Below, in pieces: positions 1-12,058 of a stretch of 64,000 nucleotides of DNA; the first letter of the stretch is position 1, and each line of letters begins with the position of its first letter. The stretch lies in NCBI GenBank assembly GCA_963845755.1, contig CAWJTV010000020.1, forward strand, positions 704,001 through 768,000, written 5' to 3'. Source of the DNA: an uncultured Planctomycetota bacterium. GTDB taxonomy: Bacteria > Planctomycetota > Planctomycetia > Isosphaerales > Isosphaeraceae. The position numbers and the translations under genes were made by a program. The notes below the pieces were generated by a model. That model saw only the letters and a program-made list of their open reading frames with translations, was not told where the DNA came from and searched no databases.

Positions 1-501
1 CCATCGATGGATTGCCAGGCACCATCGAGAGCGTCCAGGTCGAAGACCATGAGGTCGATGTCGGCAAGGCGACGAAGGAGACGCGCCCCTGCCTCGTTCT
101 CCGCGTGGCTTATCCGAAGAACCGTCCGGTCTGGGCCAGGCCGTATGGTCTCGCCATCGAGGGCTCGGAGCATCGTTTCTACGAGGATGTCGACAAGTAT
201 ACCGGGCTCTTCTGGCCGGCGACGCTGCGCCCAGGCCGATATGGTCCTCCAGCGGCTCGGCTTGATCTCCGTGGTGGACTTCCGGCGCGACGCACAGCGT
301 CGCGGCGCGATGCTCCGCCTGGATAATCTCGAAGCACCGAACCCGCAGGACATCCCTCTTCCACCGGTCGGCAAGGCGTCGGTGGTGCGCCCTCCCGATC
401 CGGCAGTCGCCCTCCTCCGTTGCTCCTCAACAACCGACCGGAGCCAGGTAGAAGGCCCACAACGGGGCGGCGCCAATAATCCGGGCGGATTGGCGAAGTA
501 A
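1..501 (+). CDS. 3' part of a hypothetical protein (runs off window start; apparent frameshift near 225)
   Basis: Protein-like frames 12..~230 and ~230..501 join into one plausible C-terminus ending at TAA 501. Confidence 0.45.
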   Translation, partial: PSMDCQAPSRASRSKTMRSMSARRRRRRAPASFSAWLIRRTVRSGPGRMVSPSRARSIVSTRMSTSIPGSSGRRRCAQADMVLQRLGLISVVDFRRDAQRRGAMLRLDNLEAPNPQDIPLPPVGKASVVRPPDPAVALLRCSSTTDRSQVEGPQRGGANNPGGLAK

Positions 502-615
502 AGGGGGCTCGAGACTTCCGGTAGAGGATCGGGTTCGCTACAGTGCACGAGATGGCCGAACGCGACAGCCGCGAGTGAGCCGTGCTGTTCCCGCGATTCC
601 ACCTCCATCGATGAG

Positions 616-3046
616 ATGACGATGAGCGAAGCACCCGACGACTCGCCCGAATACCAAGTGACCCACCCCCCGTCGCCGCGGGCCAGTGATGCGGTCGCGT
701 CCTCGAATCCTTCGCCGGCACCCGATTCGTCCTCGGCCAACCAGCGCGAGCCGGAAACCGGGGCGACATCGACCGTGCCCGCATCCGCTTCGCCGCAGCC
801 CGACACCCAGGCGATGCCTCAGACAGGCTCCACCGGCTCGGCGACCACGGAGCCCCAGTCCGCCAGTACCGATTGGGACAAGCTCCCCGCTCCCGTTCTC
901 GAGGTGGACCGGGTCGTCTTCGGTAAATACCGGCTCCTGGAGAAGATCGGCGAAGGCGGCATGGGCGAGGTGTGGAAGGTGCACAACGTCGAGCTCGACC
1001 GCACCAGCGCACTGAAGCTGATCAAGCCCGAGATCGCCCAGAACGACAAGGGCTGGACACGATTCCAGCGCGAAGCCCGACTGATGGCCAAACTCAATCA
1101 TCCCAACGCCGTGGCCGTCTACGATTTCCGGCGGACGCACTCGATGGGATACATCGAGATGGAATTCATTCGGGGCCGAAGCCTGGATCAGGTCCTCAAG
1201 GAACATCCTGAACAACCCCTGCCGCTGGACTGGACCGTCCAGATCCTCGACCAACTCTGCTCGGTACTCCAGGAGGCGCATGGCCACGAAGATGAGAAGA
1301 CCGGCAAGTCCAAGCCGATCATCCATCGCGACCTCAAGCCCTCGAACCTGATGCTCGCCGACCGCAAGCAGCCGGGACCTGGAATCCAGCTCAAGGTCCT
1401 CGATTTCGGTATCGCCAAGATGGTCGAGGATGAGGGCAACCCCGAGGTCACCGGCGCCAACGACATCATCGGGACTCCGGCCTATATGAGTCCCGAGCAG
1501 ATCCGGGGTGGATTTCGAACCCGACGACGAGGAAGGGCATGACCTTGACGGGCGGAGCGACCTCTATTCCACGGGCGTCGTGCTCTACCAGCTCGTGGCC
1601 GGTGTCCTCCCGTTCCGCGGGAGCAAGATGGCCATCCTGTCGTCCCACCTCAATAACAAGCCCCCCCCCATCAAGGACGCCAACCCGAAGTGCGACGTAT
1701 CCTCCGCGGTCGAGCGGGTGATCATGCAATGTCTGGAGAAACAGCCCGCCCAGCGGCCTCAGTCGGCTCGCGAACTCGCCGAGACGTTCCGGAAGGCCGC
1801 CGGCACCTCGGGCAGTCCCGGACTTGCCCAGCCCTCGCGATCCCTCACCCGGCCGAAAATGGCGGCGGCCTTCGTCCTGCTGACCTTGGCCGCCGGCGCC
1901 TTGATCCCGATTGCCGGGATGCTCCGCAAGCCGTCGCCCGCAACGGGTGGCGCCCCGTCGAACGAAGAGACCGCTTCGGTCCCGATTACCAAACCGGTAG
2001 ACACCGCTCCAAAATCCACGGCTCGCCCCGAGACCGGAATGCCCGCCGGCTTCGCGGCCGCTGAGCCGAAGGATGTGGACAAGGCAACTGGCCTCCCGAA
2101 GAAAATCCAGCGCAAGGATGGCTCCCTGTTCACGCACTACGAAGACAGGATGTATCTTCCCGACGGCTACCAACCGGACGATCCCGGGAGGACCGCGGGA
2201 CAATGGCCCGGGGCGATCGTGCGCACGTCGGACCAGGTGCGATTCATCCGGATCGATGGCGGCACGTTCCTTCGCGGTGACCCGCGCCGTCGGCCGACAC
2301 CCGACCTGGACGCCCCGGGCAATCCGCTCACTCCTCATTACGTACGCGTCGCCAGCTTCTACATCCAGGAAGCCGAGGTCACCAACGGCGAGATCCAGAA
2401 ATACCGGGATTCCCACCCCGATGATGAGAATGGCTTGAGAAAGTGGAGTCAATGTTACGAGGACTTCCGGAAGGATAAGAACCTGGATGACAAGGCCATG
2501 AGCCGTTTTCCGGCCGTCTGCGTCGATTATCGCCTGGCGAGCCGGTTCGCCGCATCGGTCGGGGGACATCTGCTGACCGAGGCGCAATGGGAATACGCGG
2601 CGAAGTCGCGCCAGAACGATAACCTCTCCGCCTGGGGTAAGGATCCTCCCGGGCCGGAGTGGCGCCAGGCCGCTCTCGACAATCCCCTGGAAGGCCCCAC
2701 CCCGGGCAAGGAGCACCCCAAGGACAAGACCGGCCAGGGCGTCTACGACATGACCGGAAACGTGCGCGAGCTCTGCGCCGATGCCTACCGGTCCTACGCC
2801 GAGCTCGACCTCAATGGCAATACGTCCGACCATCCCTACATCGACCACCGTGAGGAAATCGACTTGAATTCGAGCGGGTCCGGCCAGATCAAGGTCGTCG
2901 TGCGGGGAGGCTCGTTCATGGACCAGCCCCGGAAGGCGTTGACCTTCATGCGGGACCGGGTGGCCGTCGATGACGACGTGCCGAGTTACGTCGGATTCCG
3001 AGTGGTCATCGAGTGTCCGTCGTGGGCGGATCGCCCCGGCCACTGA
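616..3046 (+). CDS. Hanks-type Ser/Thr protein kinase with TM segment and C-terminal FGE-sulfatase (SUMF1-like) domain; frameshift near 1510
   Basis: GEGGMGEV, ALK, HRDLKPSN, DFG, GTPAYMSPEQ, then SDLYSTG in next frame; TM AAAFVLLTLAAGALIP; LTEAQWEYAAK, YDMTGNVRE, VVRGGSF, GFRVV. Confidence 0.88.
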
Positions 3047-3081
3047 ATCGCCCGATGCGGCCTTGGCCGCAACGCAGGAGA

Positions 3082-3207
3082 GATTCGAGATTCCCGATTC
3101 AGGATTCGAGATTCCCGATTCAGGATTCGAGAATCGAGATTCCCGATTTTCGATTCAGGATTTTTTTTTCGATCTTGAACCCGGAATTCTGGAATCTTGA
3201 ATCCCGG
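3082..3207. repeat. Heptamer tandem repeat (GATTCnn)n followed by inverted nnGAATC-type copies
   Basis: GATTCGA GATTCCC GATTCAG GATTCGA GATTCCC GATTCAG GATTCGA GAATCGA GATTCCC GATTTTC GATTCAG, T-run, then TCTTGAA CCCGGAA TTCTGGAATCTTGAATCCCGG. Confidence 0.85.
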
Positions 3208-3294
3208 ACCCTCGGTGCTTCGTGCAACGACGCGGAGAGAGATGAGACGCTTTCGTCAGGGAATCCCCGATCCGGCTTGCGGAGGCTTCAGGCG

Positions 3295-6200
3295 ATGGGA
3301 CACGCGATGCGGCGTCGGTGCGGACTCGGCCTGGCCCTGATCCTCAGTCTGGGAGCGTCCTTCGCATCCGCCCAACCGTCGCGGCGGCCGGAGATCTGGG
3401 CCATCCTCGTGGGAGTCAACCGGTACGATCGGTCCATGAGCACGACGGTGGGCCCGACGACCGCCCGGGGAGCCAAGCAGGTCCTGCACTGGCTTCGTCA
3501 AGCCGGCTGGGATGATGGACGGCATCAGCTCCTCTTGACCGACTACGGCGCGGCGGATCCCGGCCGGCCCGACGACCCCGCCCCCAACATCCTGCCGCGC
3601 AGGCAGAACCTCGATTGGGCGTTCCGAAACTGGCTCTTCTCGAGGGCGAAGCCGGGCGATTTGGTGGTCTTCTATTTCGCAGGGCGTAGCCGGGCCGTCG
3701 TGAAGCCCCAGGGTGAGCGGGTCGACCCGCGGGTGGACTACTACCTCCTGCCGGCCGATGCCGCGCCCGACTCCACCGAGAAGACGGGCTGGGCCCTGGA
3801 CCGGGCCATCGACGATTGCGCGGAGGAAGCTCCAGGTCGTTTGCTGGCTGTCAACGTCGCTCGATGGCCAGGACATCCCGACCGATCCCGCCAAGGGCCG
3901 TCCTCAGGTGTCGATCCCGGATGGGATGGATTGGCTGGGCCGGCTGGCCCGCTGGCCGGGGATCACCGCGTGGCTGGCGTCCGACCGGCCGCAGAGTCCG
4001 GTCCCGGCGGAGGACCCGGGCAGTCGGTTCACCCGGGCGCTCCTGGAGGGACTGGGCCGGCCGGACGACGAGACGAAGCGAAACCTGGCGGCCTGCCTCA
4101 AGGACCTCCAGCAGGACCCGCGGCTCATGCGCCAGGGATTTCGTTCGCTGGGTGGCGTACCGCCTTCGCTCACCCTGTTGAAGGAGAGGTTCGGCCGAGA
4201 GGACGTGGAACCACCTCCCGAGTTGGTGCTCCAGGCCGGACATGCCGAGGGACTGACCGCCATGGTTGCACCGGCCGATGGCCGGCAGATCATCACGGCC
4301 AGCAAGGACTCGACCGTCCGAGTCTGGTCGGCGCAGGAGGGATCGCTGCTCCGCGTCTTGCCCGGTTATTCCGCCGAGGTGGGTGTGACCGCCCTGGGAC
4401 TGAGCCACGACGATCGCTGGCTGATCACAGGCGGCGGACGCGGGCGGATCATGGTCTACGACCGGGAGCGCGACTTCGCAATCAAGCTGATTCCCCGACA
4501 GCCGCACAACCGAAGGATCGAGCAGCTCGCCATGCTCCCCGATGGGTCCCATTTCGTCTCGATCGATAACTCCGGCCGCGGTTATCTCTGGGATCTGCGG
4601 AAATCACCGATGGCCGCTCAACCCTGGCTCGAAGGCCAGACCTTCAAGCGGGTGGCATGCGGCGACCGATTCGTACGAGCCGGTAAGCAGAACGACGCCG
4701 GCGGGGTCGTTGCCTGGTGCACCGACGGGCGGCTCCGGACCTTCGACGCGACAGGGGTCCGGAGGCGACGTGCTGGAGATCCCCAGTGGCACGCTCACGG
4801 CGATGGCCGTCTCGCCCGACGGCGAATCCCTGGCCCTGGGATTCGTCGATGGCAAGGTCGTCGTCCGCGAGGGGATTCGCAAGCCCCGCCGTCAGGCCGA
4901 ATACAGGGCTACGGACGGCCCCGTCGCGGTTCGCCGGCTGACATTCTCCGACGCGGGCATCCTGGCGATCGAGCACGAGAAGGGAATACGACTGGTGACG
5001 TTGGTGCCCGAGTCGGAGAAGGCCGCCGCATCGGTGACCGAGCTCGTCGCCGGACCGCTTCAGGCGATGGCCTTCTCGCGCGGCGGCGGATACGTGGCGG
5101 CGTCCACCGAGAATATCGGAATCCTGAAAGTCTGGCGGATCGGAAACGGCGGAGCACCCCTAGTCCCGTCCTGGAACTGCCCCAGGCTGGGGCGTCACTG
5201 CTGGGCTTCACCGGCGATAACCGATCGCTGATCTGGGGCACGTTCAACGGGGATGTGGCCTTACGGCCCCTGGATCCCCGCAGCGACCTCCCGCACTGGA
5301 ACTTTCCCGCCCGCGACGGCAAGATCCAGGAGATCAGCGCCTCACCCAACCGTCGCTCACTGCTCCTGCTCGACCGGAAGGGTTCGGTCCGTCAAGCCCG
5401 CGTCTGGGACCTCCAGGACCGCATCTGCCGCCTGCTGCCGGGGACCTGGAGCTCTGGAGTCTTCCTCGACGACGATCGACTGATCATGGTCGCCGACTCT
5501 CGGGCGAAGGAGCAGGCCGGTCGCGTCGTCCGGCTCGATCGAAACGCCGCTGGGTTTCAAGCCAATGCTCTTCGAGCGAGCGTCGGGCGCTTTCCAGGTC
5601 CCCGAGACGCTGGGCTTCGAGCGGCTGACCGCCTCGGCCGACGGGAAATGGGTCGCGGCCGCGGCCGACGCGTCCAAGATTCCGCTGGTCTGCGTCTGGG
5701 AGGCCGAAACCGGAAAAATGACGCACTGGATCACCGCCGCGGGACTGAACGATGCCGCCGTCGCTCTGAGCTTCTCGTCCGATTCCCGGTATCTGCTGAC
5801 CGGTGGCAATTCCTCCGAGGCGAGACTCTGGGACCTCTCCGCGCGCCGCGGGAGTCTCGAGACGCCGTCCGTTCGCTTTTCGGACCGGTCGATTCGAAAG
5901 GACATCACCTGCGTCGCCATCCGCCCCGACCACGCGTCCCAGGTCGTCACCGGCCACAGCGACGGCCAGGTCCATCTCTGGACCTGGACCGGCGGGACGG
6001 CCAGGCTGGAGATCCCCGGTCTGATTCAGGGAGAATTCGCCGGCGCGGTCAAATCGGTCTGCTTCACATCCGACGGCGGCTATCTCGCCGCGGCGGGCGA
6101 CGGGCTCTCGATCTGGGTCGGCGCCATGGAGCCCCGGCCGAGGCCGATCGACGGCCTGGACAAGCTGCGTCCACATCATTTCGAGCAGATCAATACGCTC

Positions 6201-7722
6201 ACCGCCTGGAAGGGTCTACCGATCTTGATCAGCGGCGGAGACGACACCTCCGTCCGGTTCTGGGACCTCAAGAACGGGCGGCTGTGGGGGACCTTCTCGG
6301 CAACCACCGCACCGATCGTCGCCGACGCGACAGCAGCCCGCGAGGTGGACTGGGTCCTCTACACTCCCGAGGGGCTCTACGATGCTCCTCCGACCGCGAC
6401 CCGCTTGGTCCAGTATCGCCGTCATGACCGGCCTCAGCGGATCGAACAGTTCGAATCGACCCAGAGTGACTACCGGCTGAGCGAGCGGCTCCTGGCCGGC
6501 GAGAACCCCCGATCGGTCCCGAAGACCGACGAGCCGTTCCCGATCTCGATCAGCCTACCTCCCCGGTTCGATCCGAAGCTGCCGGCGTCGAGGCTCACCA
6601 TTGTGCTGGGGGCGAAGGATCTCAAGGACATCCGGCTCTACCACAACGACGTCCTGGTCCCTTGCGCCGGGCCGTCGAAGCCGGAAGACCTGAGCTTCGA
6701 GGTCGAAGTCCGGCTGATGCCGGACCGCAATCGGTTCTACGCCATGGCCAGTCAAGAGAAGGCCTATGATGCCTGTTCCCAGGTCGTCGAGGTCGACTAT
6801 GTGGCCAACCCGACACGCGGCCGACTGCACATCCTCGCGGTCGGGGTGGGAAACTACGCCGCACCGTCCGGTCCCTTATGCATCCGCGGACGCTCAGCAG
6901 CTCAGCGACGTCCTTAACCAACGAGGGACCGACGCGAACGGCCAGCCAGGCACGAGCATCGTACTTCACGATGACCAGGTGACTGTGGAGAACGTCGAAA
7001 AGGCTTTCGACCAGCTCGCCCGGCTCGTCGAGGATCGTCCCCAGGACACGGTTGTCGTTTTCCTGGCCGGTCACACCGAGGTCTTCCAGGAGCCCGAAGG
7101 CTTCTGCCTGCTGCTGCCGGCCTATCCCATGCCCAACGCCTCGCCACCAATCCGCGACGGGGCACGCAGCCCAGTCGACGGTGTTGACGTCAAGGCCGAC
7201 CCGAAGTTCGTCCTGCCCTACTCATTGATCGCCTCGAACCTGGCACGGATGCGAGCCCTCCAGCGGCTGGTGATCGTCAACGCCTGTCAGGCCGGGGCGA
7301 TCCTCCAGGACAAGCGGGTCCGCGCGATTCAGAGGTGGGTTGAGATCTCCTCGCGCCGGGTCCGAACGTCCTACCTCATGGCCGCCCGTCCGGGCGAGCC
7401 GGCGCTGGGGGTGGAGGCTCTCCGCCACGGCCTGCTCACCTACGCTCTGCTCCGCGGGATGCGGGCCGTATCCACCAAGGATGAACCCAAGTCGGTGGCG
7501 GATCTGGCCTTGCCAGCCGATGCCGACTTCAATCAGGACGGCTTCCTCTCCACCGCTGAGCTGGACGCCTATACCCAGCGTGTGCTGCCCAGGCTCGCAA
7601 GCCTTCTCCCTTCGATGACGACATACGTCCGAGGCTCAGTCCGGGAATCTGGCGCCGCATCGCCGCGGGAAATGGGCGACCGAGCCACGAACTCGTCGTT
7701 CAATCTCGTGCCGATGCGATAG
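3295..7722 (+). CDS. Secreted caspase-like / WD40-repeat / caspase (peptidase C14) protein; several apparent frameshifts
   Basis: Signal peptide (ASFASAQP), WAILVGVNRYD and FYFAG; WD repeats GHAEGLT..TASKDSTVRVW, SGGDDTSVRFWD; C-terminal LHILAVGVGNY, FLAGH, VIVNACQAG. Confidence 0.8.
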
Positions 7723-7933
7723 ATGAACCGCTCGGTCGAGATCTTGCCGTCATCACGCCTTGGGGCGACGACACTGATCCCAATCACGTCGGTGGGAGTC
7801 CGGTGACCACTTATCGCGGCCGATGCTAGGATCGCGTCACGGCCGAAGGGAGTGAACCATCGCCTGGTTCCGATTGACGGCCCCAGGACCGCACCCCATA
7901 TTAGTTCGGCTGCCGAATTATTCCGGGGGCGAC

Positions 7934-8350
7934 ATGAAAGCCATCGACCGCAGGGCCGCCGAGTTCCGTGCCCTCCAGGAGGGTATCCTCGCGCGCTTGC
8001 GGGACCTGGACCTCTCAGCTATGGGCGACCTCTCTTTGGCTCTGACCGTCCAGGAATTCCGCTCCCTCGAATTCCTCGCAACCGTCGAGCCCAGGAAGAC
8101 CAAGGAGCCGGCCGAGTACCTCGGCCTGGCCGTGAACTCGGTCACCGACGTGGTCGATTCCCTCGAACGGAAGGGCCTCGCACGGCGGCAGCGGGACGAC
8201 GCCGACCGAAGGGTTGTGCGTATCGAGCTGACGAAGGCGGGCCGGGACGCGGCCCAAGCCATGATGGCCGGCTTCTTGGACATCTACCACTCTTACCTCG
8301 GTGCCCTGACAGTCGAGGAGCAAGAGACCCTCCTGGCCCTCTACCCCTAG
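7934..8350 (+). CDS. MarR-family transcriptional regulator
   Basis: SVTDVVDSLERKGLARRQRDDADRRVVRIELTKAGR winged-helix signature; ATG 7934. Confidence 0.85.
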   Translation: MKAIDRRAAEFRALQEGILARLRDLDLSAMGDLSLALTVQEFRSLEFLATVEPRKTKEPAEYLGLAVNSVTDVVDSLERKGLARRQRDDADRRVVRIELTKAGRDAAQAMMAGFLDIYHSYLGALTVEEQETLLALYP

Positions 8351-8440
8351 ATTGCCCGCGTCGGGCAGACGGAACCGCGTCCCGCCTGACTTTTTTGGCT
8401 CATGGGCCGAAATGGGTAATCGCCCGCGTCAAAGAGATTT

Positions 8441-8499
8441 GTAGCGTGGGTGCAACCCACCATCGGACCTGGGGTTATGGTGAGTTGCACCCACCGTAC
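8441..8499. repeat. REP doublet (REPIN-like, GTAG family)
   Basis: GTAGCGTGGGTGCAACCCACC ... GGTGAGTTGCACCCACCGTAC; related copy at 45735-45796. Confidence 0.7.
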
Positions 8500-8613
8500 A
8501 CCAAAGGTCATTACCAATTTGAGCCCATGAGCCAACCGTGGAACCTCTCGGACACTTGTGGTATTATCGATCCGCGGTTAGGGAAGCGGGTTTGAACGAT
8601 TGAGGGCCGAACG

Positions 8614-10624
8614 ATGGGCGCCACGGGTTGGGTCGGGGTCATCGCGCTGGTCAGCCTGGTCGGGTCGGGCGAACCGGCGAAGCCGACGGTCGGTTTCCGA
8701 CTCCAGGACCACCGGGGAGCCTGGCACACGCTCGATGAGGCCCGCGACCGAAAGGTCGTCGTCCTGGCCTTCGTCGGGACCGAGTGTCCCCTCGCCGAGG
8801 CCTATGCCCCGAGGCTCGCCGAGCTCGCCCGCGAGTTCGGGAAGCGAGGTGTCGGCTTCTTCGGCGTCGACGCCAACCAGCAGGATGGGCCGGTCGCGAT
8901 CGGCCGGTTCGCCGAGAAGCATGGACTGCCATTCCCGATCCTGAAGGACGTCGGCAACAGCCTGGCCGACCACTTCGGGGCCGAGCGGACGCCCGAAGTC
9001 TTCGTCCTGGATGAGTCGCGGGCCGTGGTCTACCGAGGCCGGATCGACGACCAGTACGCCATCGGCATCCATCGACCCTCGTCCACCCGGCACGACCTGG
9101 TCGACGCCCTCGATGCGGTCCTCGCCGGGCGGCCGGTCGCGGCGCCGAGGACCGAAGCGGTCGGCTGCAAGATCGGCCGTGTTGCGAAGTCGGCCCAGGG
9201 TGGCGCCGTGACGTACGCGAAAGAGGTCGCTCGCATCCTCCAGTCGCACTGTGTCACCTGCCACCGACCCGGCGAGATCGCCCCGTTCTCCCTGACCGAC
9301 TACCGCCAGGCGGCCGGCTGGTCGAGCATGATCGCCGAGGTCGTCGATGAGGGTCGAATGCCCCCATGGCACGCCTCGCCCGAGCACGGCAAGTTCGCCA
9401 ACGACGCCCGGCTTTCCGCCGACGAGAAGAAGGCAATTCGCGACTGGGTCAACGCCGGCTCGCCCGAAGGAGACCCGGCCGACCTACCCCCGCCGCCCCA
9501 ATTCGTCGAGGGATGGCAGATCCCCCGGCCCGACGTCGTCCTGGAAATGCCCCGCGCGATCGAGATCCCGGCCGAGGGGTCGATGCCTTACCAGCTCGTC
9601 GAGATCAATCCGAAGTTCACGCGCGACGTCTGGGTCCGCGCCTCGCAGGTCCGGCCCGGGAACCCGGCGGTCGTCCACCACGCGGTCGTCCTTGTCCTGC
9701 CGCCCGGCGTCGAGAAGATCGACGAGGCCGGCGGCGACTTCCTCGCCGCCTACGCACCCGGCCTGCCGGCCCGCGTCATGCCCGACGGCGTGGCGAAGCG
9801 CATCCCGGCCGGATCGAAGATCGTCCTCCAGCTCCACTACACCCCCCGAGGAACGAAGCAAGTTGACCGGAGTCGGATCGGCCTCCTCTTCGCCGACCCG
9901 GCGATGGTCCACAAAGAACTGATGTCGGGCATGGCGCATGAACTTCCGCCTCCAGATCCCGCCCGGAACGTCCGACTACGTCTCGCGGGCCGATTTCCGG
10001 TTCTCGCAGCCCTCGTTGCTCCTCGCGCTGATGCCGCACATGCACCTGCGGGGCAAGTCGATGCGGTTCGTTGCCGAATACCCCGACGGCCGCCGCGAAG
10101 TCCTCCTCGACGTACCCCGATACGAGTTCGACTGGCAGAACCTCTACACTCTCGACCAGCCCAAGCCGATGCCCGAAGGGACGATCCTCCACACCGAAGC
10201 CCACTTCGACAACTCGGACGAGAACCCGAACAACCCGGACCCGAGGCGTGCCATCACCTTCGGCGAGCAGACCTGGGATGAGATGCACGTCGGATACCTC
10301 AACTTTGCCCTCGCCGACCAGGACCTCACCCTCGGCAGGCCCACCTCGAAGCGACTCCCAAACGGCCAGTACGAGGTCACCTTCCACCACCACCCCCCTG
10401 CGCCGGCGAAGTCGGTCGCCCTCGTCGGCACGTTCACGGACTGGAAGGAACGGCCTCTCGCCATGCCCGGTCCGGACGCCCAGGGGAACTACTCGACGAC
10501 AGTCGCGCTCGACGCCGGGTCGCACGAGTACAAGTTCCTCATCGATGGCGAGACCTTCCGCCATGACCCCGGCAACCCCGAATCCGCCGGCTTCTTCCAC
10601 AACAGCCTGATCCGGCTGCCCTGA
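8614..10624 (+). CDS. Redoxin (AhpC/TSA) - cytochrome c - monooxygenase-like fusion with C-terminal CBM48/AMPK glycogen-binding-like domain; frameshift near 9935
   Basis: GTECPLA, RTPEVFVLD..YRGRIDDQY; CVTCH heme motif; VVHH, PHMHLRGK, DEMH; VALVGTFTDW..HEYKFLIDG. Confidence 0.8.
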
Positions 10625-10780
10625 GAGGGTCTGGGACGGGGCTCCTCAATCGCTATGACCGACCCAAGTGCGGATCCAAGGGATTTGAATCGATTCCGGC
10701 GGATGATTCCTGGCCTTCGCTGAAGGCCACATTTCATACTGAGGTTGATTCACTGAGTTATGTGCCCTTTTCGGGTCTCC

Positions 10781-11079
10781 GATTTCGACGATCGACAACA
10801 ATGTCTCAGAACGGACGTTACGGCTCCAAGCCATAGGTCGGAACAACTGGCAGTTCCTCGGGAGTGAGGAGGCGGGCTCGCGCGCGGCGGTGCTGTTCAC
10901 CATCCTGGCGGGAGCGAAGCGCCATCACCTGGAGCCATGGGCGTATCTCCGGGACGTGCTGCTACGGCTGAGCGCGGGGGAGACCGAGTTGGAGCCTTTG
11001 CTGCCGGACCGGTGGGCCGCCAGCCATCCGGAGCACGTGCTCCAGCACCGCATCGATGAGTCGCGGCGCAAGGCGGCTC
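10781..11079 (+). pseudogene. tnpC: 3' remnant of an IS66 TnpC transposase, interrupted by the IS66 at 11080; its tail continues at 34497->34318 on the minus strand
   Basis: IDNNVSERTLRLQAIGRNNWQFLGSEEAG..AAVLFTILAGAKRHHLEPWAYLRDVL..LLPDRW. Confidence 0.8.
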
Positions 11080-11172
11080 GTGTCCGTCCGGTGAAGTGCA
11101 TCTACAAAGCGGCGTGACTCCCCGCGATGATAGTGCTGTCGGGGCCAGTGGTCCCGTCAGGGAGATCACGCC

Positions 11173-11538
11173 GTGTCTCGAAGCCGAACCATCGATCTAC
11201 GATGGAATGCCCTCCTCAACGATTTCCGCAGGAGCGGTCTGACTCAAGCCGAGTTCTGCCGCCTTCGCCAAATCTCGCTTCACTCCTTCCGAAAGCATCT
11301 CTACCAGCCCGCCCCGGCCGATCGCACTCCCAGCGACGATCGTCCTTTCGCCAGTGCCGACCGCCATTTCCTCCCGGTCACTATCCTTCCCGATCCCATC
11401 CCGCCGAGCGCCGCCTCGGGACCCCACCTCGAACTCATCCTCTCCAACGGACGTCGGATCGCCGTCGCCCCCGGATTCGACCCCCTGACCCTCCGCCATC
11501 TCATCGCGGTCGTGGAGGGACGCCCATGTTCGGACTGA
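11173..11538 (+). CDS. tnpA: IS66 accessory protein TnpA
   Basis: WNALLNDFRRSGLTQAEFCR..FLPVTI..LELILSNGRRIAV. Confidence 0.85.
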   Translation: MSRSRTIDLRWNALLNDFRRSGLTQAEFCRLRQISLHSFRKHLYQPAPADRTPSDDRPFASADRHFLPVTILPDPIPPSAASGPHLELILSNGRRIAVAPGFDPLTLRHLIAVVEGRPCSD

Positions 11539-11867
11539 GCGCCGCGGTCCGCGTCTATCTCGCCAAACAGCCGGCCGACATGCGCAAGAGCTTTGACGGC
11601 CTGGCCGCCCTGGCATCAGGCAGCCTGGCGCTAGATCCCCTCTCCGGTCATCTCTTCGTCTTCGTCAACAAGCGCCGCGACCGCATCAAGATCCTGTACT
11701 GGGATCGCGATGGCCTGGCCGTCTGGGCCAAGAAGTACGAGTAAGACTGCCCCCATCCTCTCGACTTTACAGGAATCGTCGGACACCCCCATAATCGCGC
11801 TGGCCGGCCTGATGCGGCTGGCGGAATGGATCGAAGCTCAACACCCCGTGATCCAAGGAGGTGCCCC

Positions 11868-12058
11868 ATGTCGCGAGACGCCGGACTCGTTGCTCCCCCC
11901 CGCGCACGTCGGTCGTTCGGCCGTCGGTGCTGGACCAACTCTGGAGCCGACTGACGGACGAGCAGCGTCAACGAACGCTGCTCACCCTCAGCGACATCGT
12001 GACTCGACAACTCGGCGCGCCTCGCACCGCTCAGGAGGTGCGCGATGAAATCTCGTGA
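11868..12058 (+). CDS. Small hypothetical protein upstream of the recombinase (likely frameshift error in C-run)
   Basis: AAGGAGG RBS; ..LDQLWSRLTDEQRQRTLLTLSDIV..; stop overlaps recombinase start. Confidence 0.5.
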
